DNA of 64,000 nt from Hemiscyllium ocellatum (Eukaryota), in assembly GCF_020745735.1 (NCBI RefSeq), contig NW_026867487.1, positions 3,410,001 through 3,474,000 on the forward strand, in the 5' to 3' direction. This document shows, piece by piece, positions 1 to 12,531 of this stretch. Position 1 is the stretch's first letter. Every line of letters starts with the position of its first letter. Made by a program: the position numbers and the translations under genes. The notes beneath the pieces were generated by a model. That model had not been told where the DNA came from. It made no database searches and was given only the letters and a program-made list of their open reading frames with translations.

Positions 1-44
1 TAATAGTGTTGTGATCACTTAATCGCCCAATGCAAACATCCTGA

Positions 45-670
45 GCATTCCCATTGACCAGAAACTCAACTGTACTCGCCACATGAAGCCAGTGGCTGCA
101 AAATCAGGTCAGAGGCTACGGATATTCCGCTGAGTAAGTCACTTCCTGACACCCCTAATGCCGTCCAGCATATGCAAAGCACAAGTCAAGAGTGTGATGG
201 AACACTTTTTACTTTCCTGGACGGGTGCAGCGCCAACAATATTCAAGAAGCTTGACACCACCCAGGGAAAAGCAGCCTGTTTGATAGGCACTGCATTCAC
301 AAACGTCCATTCCCTCAAGCACTCAGTAGCTCAATAGCAGGAGTGTGCACTATCGGCAAGATGGACTGCAGGATTAACCAAGGATTCACAGACAGCATCT
401 TGCAAACTCATGACCGCTTCCATCTAGAAAGACAAAGGCAGCAGATAGGTGCAGTCTCCGCCAGCTTCAAGTTCCACTCCAAGTCACTCACTATTCTGAC
501 TTGGAAATGTATCGCCTTTCCTTCACTGCCTCTGGTCAAAATCCTGGAATTTCCTCCCTAATGCAGTGTGGGTCAATCCACAGTGGTGGACTGCAGCAGT
601 TTAAGAAGGCAGTTCATCACCAGCTTCTCCAGGGCATCCATGGATGGGCAATAAATACTGTTGAGCTAGC
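45..670 (+). mobile_element. Decayed non-LTR retrotransposon 3' fragment (CR1/L2 group RT C-terminus and tail)
   Basis: Degenerate translation resembles I.IDQKLN.T.H...VA..SGQRL.I.R....LTP...KAQV.SVME; multiple stops. Boundaries approximate. Confidence 0.55.
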
Positions 671-1159
671 GATGCCCACATCCAACAACATGGATCAATT
701 AGAAAAAAACTTGCTTCATATCAACCTTGGCCTCCTGTTGTTTCTCCTGTATCAATGCCAAAACATTAATAAAACTCTATGTACGTCTTTGCGCACATAA
801 TGTCGTCTTCATCTTCCTTTGTAGATGTCGCTCCATCCTTAGACTGAGCTACAGCTATATTGTCTCTTTCGTTTGGATTCTCCTCAATGAAGTCAGCCAC
901 AGATACCATTATAGAAAAGGAGAAAAAAAAAACGTATGACGACTTCTTTAATCTCTTTAATTTTGTCTTCTTCTCGGCTTCACTTTTACAGTGGTTTCTC
1001 TCGTTCCTTATACAACTTTTATTCACTAGATTTAACTAAAGTAATGAATAAGTGGTCACGGGGCTTTGCTTGTCGGATAATCTGTGAGTGGAAAGATAAA
1101 ATCTACAATAAATAGCAGACCGGTTGCTTATTTTGGTGTTGTACTCCTGTCAATTGAAC

Positions 1160-1220
1160 ATGAAGATAGTGGCACGATTACAATGGATTACACTCATTTT
1201 CCTCAATAGAATCAACACAA
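1160..1220 (+). pseudogene. Orphan, decayed V leader exon (type-B leader, MKIVARLQWITLIFLNRINT)
   Basis: Similar to the intact leader at 21606-21666 and remnants near 12050 and 12480; splice donor mutated (atgagt); followed by a Penelope fragment instead of a V exon. Confidence 0.45.
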
Positions 1221-1375
1221 ATGAGTTACACGTGAGATTATTAGGGGCTACTGATGGGCAGTGGTGGGTCGCTCCATCTTGGTCACATCATTGAATTATA
1301 GAATCGTACAGATGGACAGCACAGAAACAAACCCTTTAGTCTAACTCGTCCGTGCTGAAGGCAGTGCTGAGTTGG

Positions 1376-2262
1376 AAATTTGGAACTGGGATATAGTTGG
1401 GGGAGGGCAAATGAAGAAACCAGTGAAGTCCTCATTGATGCTGAGTGGTTGGAGGGTCCCAGGGCTGAGGATGAGGCGTTCTTTCTCCTACCGTTGGGTG
1501 GTTAGGGTGTAGTGATGGAGGATTCCCTGGACCTGCATGTCTTTGGCGCAGTGGGAGGTGCAGTTGAAGTGTTCGGCCACGGGGGCATGAGGTTGGTTAG
1601 TTGGTGCGGGTGTGCCAGAGATGTTCTCTTAAGTACTCTGCAAGTGGGCGTCCTGTCTCCCCAATGCGGAGGAGACCACATCGGGAGGAACAGATACAGT
1701 AAATGACGTGTGGAAGTGCAGATAAAATTGTGATGGATGTGGAATGCTCCTTTGGTGCCTTGGCCTGATTAGAGGTGTGGTGTGTTCACAAAGGTTTGTA
1801 ATTCTTGTGGTGGCAGGGTAAGGTGCCGGAAGGGAAGGGTGCATAGGTTGGGGGTATGGACCTGACAAGGACGTCGTGGAGGGAATGGTCTTTGTGGAAC
1901 ACAGATAGGGTTGGGGAGGGAAACATGTCTCCCGTGGTGGTGTCTGTTTGTAGGTGGCAGAACTGGCGGAGGATGATGCAATGTATTCGGAAATTGGTGG
2001 GATGGAAGCTGAGGACTGGGGGTTCTGTCCTTCTGCGGTTGGAGGGGTGGTGTTTGAGGGCGGAGTTGCGGGAAGTGGATGAGATGTGCTGGAAAGCATC
2101 ATCCACCATGTGTGAGGGGAAATTGCAGTTTTTGAAGATGGAGGCCTTTTGGTGTGTTTTGTGGTGGAGCTGGTCTTCTTGGATCAGATGCAGTGTAGGC
2201 AGACGAATTAGGAATGAGGGATAGCGTTTTTACGGGAAGGAGGTGTAGTCCATGTAGCTGTG
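1376..2262 (-). mobile_element. Penelope-like element fragment (RT C-terminus / GIY-YIG endonuclease)
   Basis: Minus-strand frames give PPVLSFHPTN.RIH.II..F.HLQ.D.TT..MFPSP.LS.F.KDHSL...LVRS and FICTSTRVIYCIC.SRCGLL.IGET, typical of PLE ORFs; frameshifted. Confidence 0.8.
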
Positions 2263-2372
2263 GGTGTTGATGACCTTTTGAAGGAGTATTGAAATCTCAA
2301 TGAGAGGCAGTAATGGAGGTACTGTGGCAGTCTCCGTGACAAACCTGTCAAATCAGACTACTACTTCTTGAT

Positions 2373-2515
2373 GGTAAAAACAATGACCGCATATGCTGGA
2401 AACTAGATTTTGGATTAGTGGTGATGGAAGAGCACAGCAGTTCAGGTAGCATCCGGGCTCTTCGTTGGATGTTGCATGAACTGCTGTGCTCTTTCAGCAC
2501 CACTAATCCAAAATA
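2373..2515. repeat. Palindromic Penelope-associated terminal-repeat remnant
   Basis: ttttggattagtggtg...gagcacagcagttca...gcatcc / ggatg...tgaactgctgtgctc...caccactaatccaaaa form an inverted pair around a short loop. Confidence 0.7.
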
Positions 2516-2526
2516 CTGCTTTTGAT

Positions 2527-3672
2527 TACAGATTCGTCTTCAACACCATTATCCTCTCTAGACTGATCTAAAAACTCAGAGTCTCGGGTCTCAGCTCCAC
2601 GCACTGCAACTGGATCCTTAGCTGGCCCATAGAATGCAATTAATGAAGATCGACAACTGCACCACCTCCAAGATGATACTTAACATTGGAGCCCCTCTCC
2701 CCCGATGGATGCATTTTCAGCCTCCTACTGTAATCCCTGTGCACCCACTAATGTATTGCCAAATCCTGAAGAGATACCATCGACAGATTTGCTGACGACA
2801 CCACGGGTAGGACCGATGTTAAACAACTGTGAATCAGACTTCAGAAAGGGGAAAGAGGGTTTGGCGACGTGGTGCAATGGTAACAGCCTTTGTCTCAATG
2901 TCCACAAAACTGAAGAAATGACCATTGACTTCAAGAGGAAAGGAGGAGAACACGCCCCTATCTTCATTAATGGAAAGGCAGTTGACAGAGTTGAGAGTGT
3001 CAATTTACTAGGAGTGACAATAAACGGAAATCTATCCTGGACTTCTCATGTTGATGCGACAATTGGTAAAACACAACAAAGCCTCTTCTTCCTCAGGCAG
3101 CTCAGGAAATCTGGCATATCCATAATGACTCTCGTCAACTTTTACAGATGCACCATGCAAGCCATACCGTCTAGTTTGCATAACAGTCTGACCCAGTAAC
3201 TGCTCTGCAGACCCCGTTACAATCGCAAGGTCGTGTGCACAACCTAGACCAGCATGGACGCCGACGTCCTATCCATAAAACTCATGTGCACATCTCGTAA
3301 CCGCATAAAGGCTGCCAACAGTATCGAAGTTGCATCCACTCCAGTAACGTTCTCCTACAACCTCAACCGTCAGACTGAAGATACAGAAGATTGAACACAC
3401 CCACCAGCAGGTTCAAGAACAGCTTCTTCCCTGCCGTTGTTAGACTGATGAACGGACTTTCTACATTCAAATAATGCTGATCTTGTTCACGCTGATATTG
3501 AAGAGCGTATGCCATATGCCTTGTTACCTGTATGCCTTACTCTGTCCAAGTCCTTTTTTCACCGTATGCTCTGTATGTGCTTGCTTACAATGTCTGCCTG
3601 TACTGCTCACAAATAATGTTGTTGACTGTACATAGGTACATATGACAATAAATCAGATCACATCAAATCAAA
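2527..3672 (+). mobile_element. Rex1/Babar-type LINE fragment (RT C-terminal half and 3' tail)
   Basis: ORF 2705-3199 contains WCNGNSLCLNVHKTEEMTIDFKRK...LLGVTI..NLSWTSHVDA..KTQQSLFFLRQLRK; downstream FKNSFFP-like motif and aaatc-type tail. Confidence 0.8.
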
Positions 3673-4139
3673 TCTCCACACTGACTCCTAAAATCCCCAC
3701 ATTGACTAAATCTGTCATTCTCACGATAATGACTGTGCAAGCCAGACACTGAATACCTCTCTCCACTCTGATAATCTGTCACCCTCACACTGCCCCATCT
3801 AAAATTCCCACACGTCCAGCTCTGTAATTCAAATAACGAGTGACGCTGGAAACTCCTAACTGATCATCTTCGTGATTCCTATGTTGACACACACTGTCAT
3901 CTCAGTGTCGGACACCTCTGTAATCCCCATAGACACATGCTGATTTGTCCTCATACCGAGGCGCTGTGTATTCCCAAATCTGACCCTATGTGTACGTTGA
4001 GACGGAATCCTTTTCTCTTTTTGGCAAATAGTGTGCTTAATTCTTCACACAGCATTGACACTGAGACGATGTTGTTGCAGAGCCCCCTACTGACGGGAAG
4101 AAACTTGTATTATTTACATCAGATGTCGACATCAGGCGA

Positions 4140-4187
4140 CCAATAACTGTGTCATCACACCCGCCCTCCCTTCTGTTAATGTATAAA
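4140..4187 (+). promoter_or_regulatory. IgHV-like family proximal promoter: CCAAT (4140), GC box CCCGCCC (4160), TATAAA (4182)
   Basis: Same motifs at the same spacing upstream of the genes at 6441, 27515 and 32731. Confidence 0.55.
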
Positions 4188-4285
4188 CGCCTGTGAGGGA
4201 CGATAAGTATCCAATAATCCGCCAAATTGCATTGTCTAAGTTAACTGGAGGACAGACTAGCTCCTTTAACATAGACTCAGGAAGG

Positions 4286-4763
4286 ATGATGTCACTCATA
4301 TCTATGTTTCTGATTGTTGTGTTCATATCCAGTGCGTACTTCCCATTCCCTTCTCTTCAAGATTTTAACGGTTTTCGTTTCCTCTGTTAATTCACTCGCC
4401 GGGAAAAAGTACACAACTCTGGGTCACATTGGTTTAATGAATGCCATTTTCCTTCACTAGGTACCGAGTCGGAGGTGATGTTGAGTCAGTCAGAGTCAGG
4501 GTCAGCGATCCCTGGGCAATCTCTGAGACTGACCTGTACAACCAGCGGGTTCGATCTGAGTAGCTACAGTATGTTCTGGTACGTTGAACGCCCTGGGAAT
4601 GGTCTGCAATGGCTTGTTTATTACTACAGTGAAAGCAGCAAGAATTATAATCCCGAGGTGACAGGACGAGTTACTGCTGCCAAAGATCTATCAAACAACA
4701 CCTTCTCTTTGAATATCAAGACATTGAGAATATTAGACAGTGCAATATATTATTGTGCAGGGG
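4286..4763 (+). CDS. IgHV-like V gene segment 1 (TAILV-like), apparently functional; leader 4286-4331, V exon 4461-4763
   Basis: Leader MMSLISMFLIVVFIS, GT..AG phase-1 intron, EVMLSQSESGSAIPGQSLRLTCTTSGFDLSSYSMFWYVERPGNGLQWLVYYYSESSKNYNPEVTGRVTAAKDLSNNTFSLNIKTLRILDSAIYYCAG; Cys23, Trp41, Cys104 intact; canonical RSS follows. Confidence 0.92.
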
Positions 4764-4802
4764 CACAGTGAAACAGATCAAATCCATACCGGTACAAAAA
4801 CC
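4764..4802 (+). other. 23-RSS (CACAGTG-23-ACAAAAACC)
   Basis: Perfect heptamer 4764-4770, 23-bp spacer, perfect nonamer 4794-4802. Confidence 0.97.
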
Positions 4803-6440
4803 CACGAGAGGAAATGAAGTATTTCCGCTGGTCCTGAAAGCACGAACAAACCCATCATTGACGACAGATCAGCGATTCAGAACACTTTTAATTGAAAAAG
4901 TGGGGCATTTTACCCTTCATTTCTCTGCTGGCTAATGCTGGTACTGCTCAAGAATATCCTGCCCACATCTACTTTCACAGAATTGGTAGTATCAACATCA
5001 TGTACACGTACATGTTCATCTGCTTATTTTTATTTAGCATTGCTTAACTTCCCCTTCTAACAGTAATTTCCTCGTGTATGCCAGATCTTGACAACTAATT
5101 GCATGAAGGGCAGAAACATGAACCTACATTGTCTTCTGGTCACAGTCGTAAGACCTTCAAAATCGAAGTCAAAGAAGAAGAAATAGGCCATTCGATCCAA
5201 CGAGATGATTCCAAATTTCGAAGACATCACAGCTGATCTGATAATTTTGAACTCCACATTCCTGCCTATTTTTCAGAATCCTTTATTGTCTTCCTCATAA
5301 AAACACTTTATTGCAGCATTGATTATGTATTACGACCTGACATCAGTGGTAAATAATTCCTCCGACTTTTTGCCGTCCGAGCAAAGATATTCCTCCTGAT
5401 CTGTTTCAGATTATGACTTCGATACAGACACATCCCCATTGGAGGTAGCAAAATTTCTGCCTCTGCGCTGCCAAGTCTTCATTTCAAACCTTAAGAACAT
5501 GTTGGGTCTCCAGTCTCAAAAGTAAGAGAACTACCAAACTGTCTCATTGCCAATTCATCCCGCCTGCTAATGGAAGAATGATCCTGATGGTCTTGAAAAC
5601 AAAACATGTTTACTTTTCCCTCATTTCTTTTCAGATCTCCTGCCTTCGAATAACTTCATTTGATTTTGTGTCACCTGTATGCCTTGTTACCTGCGTGCCT
5701 TACGCTGTTCAATTCTTTCTTTTATCGTATGCTCCCAATGCCCGTGCTTACAATGTCTGCCTGTTCTGCTCACAAACAACATTTTTGACTGTTCTGAGGT
5801 GGATATGACAAGAAATCAAATCTCCACACTGACTCCTTCTAAAATCCCCACGTTGACCAAGCCTGTCATTCCCAAGCTATTGACTGTGCAAGCCAGACAC
5901 TAAATGCCTCTCCCCACTCTGACAATTGTCATCCTCACATTGCCCCATCTAAAATTCCAGCACAGAGCAGCTCGGTAAGTCAAATAAAGAGTGCCGCTGT
6001 AAACCCTGAACTGATCATCTTCATGATTTCTATGTTGAAACACTCTGTCATCTCAGTGTGAAGCACCTCTGTAATCCCATTAGATATTCGCAGATTTGGC
6101 CTCATACTGAGGCAATCTGCAGTCCCCAAACTGGCCCAATGTGTGGTTTGAGACAGAAACCCTTTCCGTTTTTGACAAATAGTGTGCTCAATTCTTCACA
6201 CAGCGTTGATACTGAGACATTGCTGTTGCAGAGCCCCCTACTGATGGGAAGAAACTTGCATTGTTTACCTCAGACATCGCTATCAGGCGACCAATGACTG
6301 TGCCATCAAACCCGCCCTCAGTTCTGCGTATTCATAAATGCCTGTGAGGGAAGGTGAGAAGCCAACAATCTGCCAAACTGCGTTGTCTATGCGTGACTGG
6401 AGGACAGACTACCCCCTTTAACAGAGATTCAAGAAGGAGG

Positions 6441-6915
6441 ATGTCACTGGTATCTGTGGTTCTGATTCTTCAGTTCTTATGCAGTGCGTATATCCCATTC
6501 CCTTTTCTCCAAACTTTTAACCATTTTCGTTACCTCTGTTCATTCACTCGCTGGGGAAAAATACACAACGCCAAATCACACTGGTTTAATGAATGTCATT
6601 TTGCTTTACTAGGTGCCGAATCGGTGGTAACGTTGACTCAGCAACAGGCAGTGTCAGTTATCTCTGGGCAATCTCTGACACTGACCTGTGCAACCAGCGG
6701 ATTCGATCTGAGTAGCTACAATATGTACTGGTACGTTAAACGCCCTGGGAATGGCCTGCAATGGCTTGTTTATTACTACAGCGAAAGCAGCAAGGATTAT
6801 AATCCCGAGGTGACAGGACGAGTTACTGCTGCCAAAGATTTATCAAACAACATCTTCTCTTTGACTATCAAGACATTGAGAATATCAGACAGCGCAATAT
6901 ATTATTGTGCAGGGG
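6441..6915 (+). CDS. IgHV-like V gene segment 2 (TAILV-like), apparently functional; leader 6441-6483, V exon 6613-6915
   Basis: Leader MSLVSVVLILQFLC, GT..AG intron, VVTLTQQQAVSVISGQSLTLTCATSGFDLSSYNMYWYVKRPGNGLQWLVYYYSESSKDYNPEVTGRVTAAKDLSNNIFSLTIKTLRISDSAIYYCAG. Confidence 0.92.
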
Positions 6916-6954
6916 CACAGTGAAGCAGATCAAATCCATGCCTGTACAAAAACC
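6916..6954 (+). other. 23-RSS (CACAGTG-23-ACAAAAACC)
   Basis: Perfect heptamer 6916-6922 and nonamer 6946-6954. Confidence 0.97.
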
Positions 6955-8221
6955 CACGAGAGGAAATGAAGTATCTCTGCTGATTCTCAAAGCACGGATA
7001 GACCCACCATTGATTTTAGAAAAGCGATTCAGAACGCTTTAAAGTGAAAAAGGGGGCCATGTTTCCTTTCATATCTCTGATGACTTATTCTGTTCCCGCT
7101 CAAGAATACCCTGCCCAATCCTGCTTTCACAGAACTGGTACATCATGTATAAGTACATGCTCATCTGTTTACTTTTATTAAACTGCGCTTAACTTCCCTT
7201 TCTAACAGTAATTTGTGTATGCCAGATCTTAACAACGAATTATACGAAGGGCAGAAACATGAGCCTTCATTGTCTTCTGGCTGCAGTCGTAAGACCTTCA
7301 GAATCGAAGACATGGAACAAAAAATAGGCCATTCAGTCCATCGAGATGAATCCAAATTTCGAAGATATCACAGCTGATAATTTTGAACTCCACATTTCTG
7401 CCTATTATTCAGAAGCCTTGATTGTCTTCCTCAGAAAAAAAAACACTGTATTGCAGCATCAATTACGTAGAACAATCTGACATCTGAGGTAAATAATTCC
7501 ACAGATTTTTTGCCATCTGAGAAAAAGATACTCCTCCTGATCTGTTTCTGAAATACGTGGGTCCATATACAGATACTATGCCTTCAATACAGAAACATCC
7601 CCATTGGCGACAGCAAAATTTCTACCTCTGCGCTGCCAAGTCTTCACTTCAAGCACTCAGAGCATGTTGGGTCTCCAGACTCAAAAGTAAGAGAACCACT
7701 AGACTGTCCCCTTGCCAATTCATCCCGCCTGCAGATGGAAGAATGATTCTGATCGTTTTGAACACAAAATATGTTTACTTTTCCCTCATTTCTCTTCAGA
7801 ACTCCCGCTTTGGAATGACCTCATTTCATTTTGTGCCACGTTAGTGCTGTTTTCCTGGGACGGGCTGCGCACATTAGAGTGCATATTTTGAAATGTATCG
7901 CTGACCTGCTAATTGTTACGAATAAATCAAGAATTGAATGATGTCTAACAGCTGGAGCGAGATAGTTGAAGTTTGCGAGTTTCTAAACTTTAGTCTGTGT
8001 TCAGGACACACCTCATTAACGTTGTGAGATCTGTCGAGCGTGTGCATACCATTCCTGATCCAGAAACACCCTTTGACCGAAAGCACCCGCTCAAAAAAAA
8101 TCACTCCTGTCTAAAGGCATGGGAGATGTGGAAAGCATGTTTCAGAACTGAAGACATTCAAGCATAGAAAAACAGAGAAAAAGTATGACGAGCAAATTTA
8201 TTAACTTCAACTTGACATGTG

Positions 8222-9830
8222 AGTGGAAGAGGAAGTGCTGGATGTCTTGGAACGTGTAAATGTGGATAAATCCCCAGGACCTGATCAGGTGTACCAGAGA
8301 ACTCCGTGGGAAGCTAGAGAAGTGATTGCTGGGCCTCTTGCTGAGATATTTGTATCATCAATAGTCACAGGTGAGGTGCCGGAAGACTGGAGGTTGGCTA
8401 ACGTGGTGCCACTGTTTAAAAAGAGCAGTAACGACAAGCCAGGGAACTATAGACCGGTGAACCTGACCTCGGTGGTGGGAAAGTTGTTGGAGGGAAACCT
8501 GAGGGAAAGGATGTACATGTATTTGGAAAGGCCTGGATTGATTCAGGAGAGTCAACATGGCTTTGTGCGTGAGAAATCATGTCTGACATACTTGATTGAG
8601 TTTTTTGTAGAAGTAAAAAAGAACATTGATGAGGGCAGAGCAGTAGATGTGATGTATATGTACTTCAGTAAGACTTTCGACAAGGTTCCCTGTGGGAGAC
8701 TGATTAGCAAGGTTAGATCTCATGGAATACAGGGAGAACTAGACATTTGGATACAGAACTAGCTCAAGGGTAGAAGACAGAGGGTGGTGGTGGAGGGTTG
8801 TTTTTCAGAGTGGAGGCCTGTGACCAGTGGAGTGCCATAAGGATCAGTGCTGGGCCCTCTACTTTTTGTCATTTACATAAATGATTTGGATGCGAACATA
8901 AGAGGTACAGTTAGTCAGTTTGCAGATGACAGTAAAATTGGAGGTGTAGTGGACAGCGAAGAGGGTTACCTCAAATTACAACAGGATCTGGACCAGATGG
9001 TCCAATGGGCAGAGAAGTGGCAGATGGAGTTCAATTCTGATAAATGCGAGTTGCTGCATTTTGGGAAAGCAAATCTTAGCAGGACTTATAGACTTAATGG
9101 TAAGGTCTTTGGGAGTGTTGCTGAACAAAGAGACCTTGAGTGCAGGTTCATAGCTCCTTGAAAATGGAGTCGCAGGTAGATAGGATAGTGATGAAGGTAC
9201 GCTTTCCTCTATTGGTCGAAGTGTTGCATACAGGAGTTGGGAGGTCATGTTGCGGCTGTACAGGACATTGGTTAGGCCTCTGTTGAAATATTGCGTGGAA
9301 TTCTGGTCTCCTTCGTATCGGAAACATGTTGTGAAACTTAAAAAGGATCAGAAAAGATTTACAAGGATGTTGCCAGAGTTGGAGGATCTGAGCTATAGGG
9401 ATTGGCTGAACAGGCTGGGGCTGTTTTCCTGGAGCGTTGGACGTTGAGGGGTGACCTTAAAGAGGTTTACAAAATTATGAGGGGCATGGATAGGATGAGT
9501 AGACAAAGTCTTTTCCCTGGTGTCGGGGAGTCCAGAACTAAAAGGCATAGCTTTAGGGTGAGAGGGGAAAGACATAAAAGAGACCTAAGGGGCAACATTT
9601 TCACACAGAAGATGGCACGTGTATGGAATGTGCTGCCAGAGGAAATAGAGGAGGATGGTACAATTGCAACATTTGCAAGGCATCTGGACGGGTATATTGA
9701 TAGGAAGGGTTTGGAGGCATATGGGCCGGGTGCTGGCAGGTGGGATTAGATTGGGTTGTGATATCTGGTCGGCATAGATGCGTTGGTCCGAATGATCTGT
9801 TTCCATGCTGCACATTTCTGTGACTCTATG
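8222..9830 (+). mobile_element. CR1 LINE, 5'-truncated ORF2 (RT) with 3' tail
   Basis: DKSPGPD, WRLANVVPLFKK, PGNYRPVNLTSVVGKLLE, QHGF, LGPLLFVIYINDL, FADDSK motifs; stops and frameshifts; ends in gactctatg tail. Confidence 0.93.
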
Positions 9831-11279
9831 CCTGGAGAGCAGCTAAGACCACACATTGACTGTCTTTGTAATTTGATCTACGATGGGTTTGAATGGGGTT
9901 ATATGTAGCTTTCGTCCCTCTGACTGAATTTCAAATGGTTATCATCTTCCGCTTGTAAACGAATAGATATCTACCTGCAGAGGGTAGCATTGTGTCACGT
10001 TGAACACTTGGGGAGAAGCAGGGAAAGAGACAGATAGTTCTTTTTTCGTTTTTTCATTCATTATCATCCTTCTGGACAATGCATATCTGCAACCAACGAG
10101 AATTTTATTTGGAATTGACATTAGAAATGTGAAGTAACGCTGTGGATGAAACTTTTAATTATTCTAAACATCTTTAAAATCCGATACTCTGTTCGACAGG
10201 ACAGAGAGTGAAACTGCGAACACACAGACACTCAGCCGTAAATATGTGAAAGCTAATAAACACAAATAAACATTCATGCAGTCACTTGCACACTATCACT
10301 TACACCGGAATGCACAGATGCAAAACGCATAAACAAAATGCACACACACAGACAAAAGTGCACACATACCCAAAGGTACAAATGCAGACGCATACATGGA
10401 AACACGTTCAAAATCAAACCCACATGAACACAAGCATATAAGCACAGACATCTGGGAATACAAGCACGCAAAACACATAGACACACAAACAGTCATATGC
10501 ACACACACAAAAATAAACAAGACCCTGATGTAAGTTAATTACAGACACACAGACACAAATACTTGGCGTGCTGCTTTCGAAGACAGCAACAGTGACAGTA
10601 TTGAAATGTAAAACTAGTTCTGCTCCATAAGGCTTCTATGTTCAGTGAAACGAAGCAAACCACACCCGGAGAGGTGGAAGAAGAAGGAGAAACACAACTC
10701 AGGAAAGATGTGATAAATAAAACAAAAAGGAAAAGCTTCATGATCTTGAGCACGAATACAGAGATATAGCAGAGGAAGACCAGAATACATGGGAATCTAA
10801 AAAAAAAATTTCAGAGATACTGCTGGATAAAGAATGGGATTGAGTTCAGTAATGCAGTAGATTGGATTTGAGGGATTTCATTTTGAAAGCAGGTGGTTTG
10901 TGGGTCCACAAGGTTTATGAGAAGGGCTTAAATCACTCGGCTGGCAAATGCGATTAAGTTCAATGCATGCATTAGCTGGATTATCACAAAATATCCTTGT
11001 GTTTAAGAGCTCTGGGAATCTGGGAAATTACTTTTTATAGAAGAAAGTCTTCGTCTCAGAATGCTCAGTGACCTATTATAATAACAATGGCTGCAACTCA
11101 GATTGGAGAGAGTCAATTCATTGAGAGACGGCTCTCTACCTCCCATGTTCTTAACATCACGACTGAAAAATTGAAATGATGTGGGATCATCCCGAGTCAG
11201 TGAGCGGCATGTTGGGGGTGGAGGTTTAGATGGGTGTCCTCAACTATCCGTCAGCTTTGTAATACCAAAGATAGAAACA

Positions 11280-11710
11280 ATGTTGTTACTCAACATCTGG
11301 GCCGTGTGAACAACAAGTCAGACCGGAAAATATGGAAGAAATACAATTCAAATTCCTTTATTAAACCACAATTTAATTGATGCCACCCTGACAATTTGCA
11401 ATTAATGTCTGTTTTTAATTTCAGACGTGAGGCATGGAGATTCAGTCGCTCAGTTACTGTAATCAGATGCTCGAAGAGAAGGAGGGACAGTGACTCTACG
11501 TTGTAGCAATTATTCTACAGAGAGCTGTTATTCAATATGCTGATACCGATTGCAGTCAGGCACACAGCCCGTGAATATGGTGAGGAGATATTCTGAAGGA
11601 GGCGAGAATGAAGCAGACTTTGCAAAAGATCGCAATTCTGCAGTACTTCAGACCTCAAACAAGTTCACCAATTTGATGATTTCGGCCTTTGTGTTGACCT
11701 CTCATTATCG
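11280..11710 (+). pseudogene. TRA/DV pseudogene
   Basis: Decayed leader at 11280; exon from 11425 reads DVRHGDSVAQLL*SDARREGGTVTLRCSNYSTESCYSIC*YRLQSGTQP..ADFAKDR.SAVLQTSNKFTNL; Trp41 codon is TGA; 3' end and RSS missing. Confidence 0.85.
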
Positions 11711-12049
11711 TTCATCGGAGCTTCATTTAGCTTCTCTCGGTAAAGTAGACAATGTTACTTTAATTGGAGGTCCTATAATGCAAAAAAGAACAGTGACATT
11801 GCGGTTCGTGTAATGTCAATTTAAGGAGTGTTCTTTTCAGCTGTATTTTCAATTGATAGTTCTCATTACTGATCCAACTATTGTTGTCTGGGTTTAACTA
11901 AACTGTTGTCTAAGTGATTTCGGATCTTTGCTTTTGTTTCGAGTGTGAGTGGGAGTGTACCATGTTCATTTTCTGCTCTGGCTTGCTCATGCATGATAAG
12001 GAGATGGTTTGTTACTTATTTCTGTGCTGCCCTCCTGTCAATAGGGGAT

Positions 12050-12450
12050 AAAGATAAAGGTGAAATAAATATTGACTATCCTCACTACCCTGAGTGGAAT
12101 CAATGCAGCTAAGTTACAATTCAAATTTTGAGGGGATACTGACGTGCAAAGGCGCTGTCCCCCCTATTAAGTTGGTAAATGCGGAGGAAATACAATTTAA
12201 AGTCATTTTTGAAATCATAAGTTTACTTGATGCCAGCCTGATACTTTGCCATTAATATCTGTTGTCAGTTTCGGACCAGAGTCATTGGGATTCAGGCACT
12301 CAGTTGCTCTGCTCAGATGCTCTGACTGAAGGAGAGGCAGTGACTCTCATTTGTACCTATGATTTTACAGAGAACTGTTGCTCATTGCGTTGGTACCAAC
12401 AATGCATAAGAATAAACTGAGGAGATATTCAAAAGGAGGCGGGAATAAAG
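12050..12450 (+). pseudogene. TRA/DV pseudogene fragment with decayed type-B leader
   Basis: Leader remnant ~12050-12110 (donor mutated to ctaagt); exon fragment SDALTEGEAVTLICTYDFTENCCSLRWYQQ...LRRYSKGGGNK, truncated. Confidence 0.75.
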
Positions 12451-12469
12451 TATATTTTAAAAATGCAAA

Positions 12470-12531
12470 TATAAAAATAGTCGTTTAATTAGCATTGATT
12501 ATCCTCATTATCCTGAATGGAATTAATCCAT
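12470..12531 (+). pseudogene. Orphan type-B leader remnant
   Basis: ..LALIILIILNGINP followed by gtgagt donor; start codon lost; similar to 21606 leader and the 12050 remnant including downstream intron sequence. Confidence 0.5.

Larger units (their letters stand above)
3515..7839 (+). repeat. Tandem segmental duplication, two ~2.16-kb copies (3515-5677 and 5678-7839), each with one IgHV-like gene
   Basis: Colinear similarity throughout, e.g. tatgccttgttacctg at 3515 and 5678, matching promoter, leader, V exon, RSS and 3' flank. Confidence 0.92.

Noticed and set aside
12463-12470. ATGCAAAT octamer (also 35048) as an Ig promoter element
   Set aside because: Not conserved among paralogues and not at a consistent position relative to IgHV-like leaders; the AATTGCAT at 4225 is absent in the twin gene.
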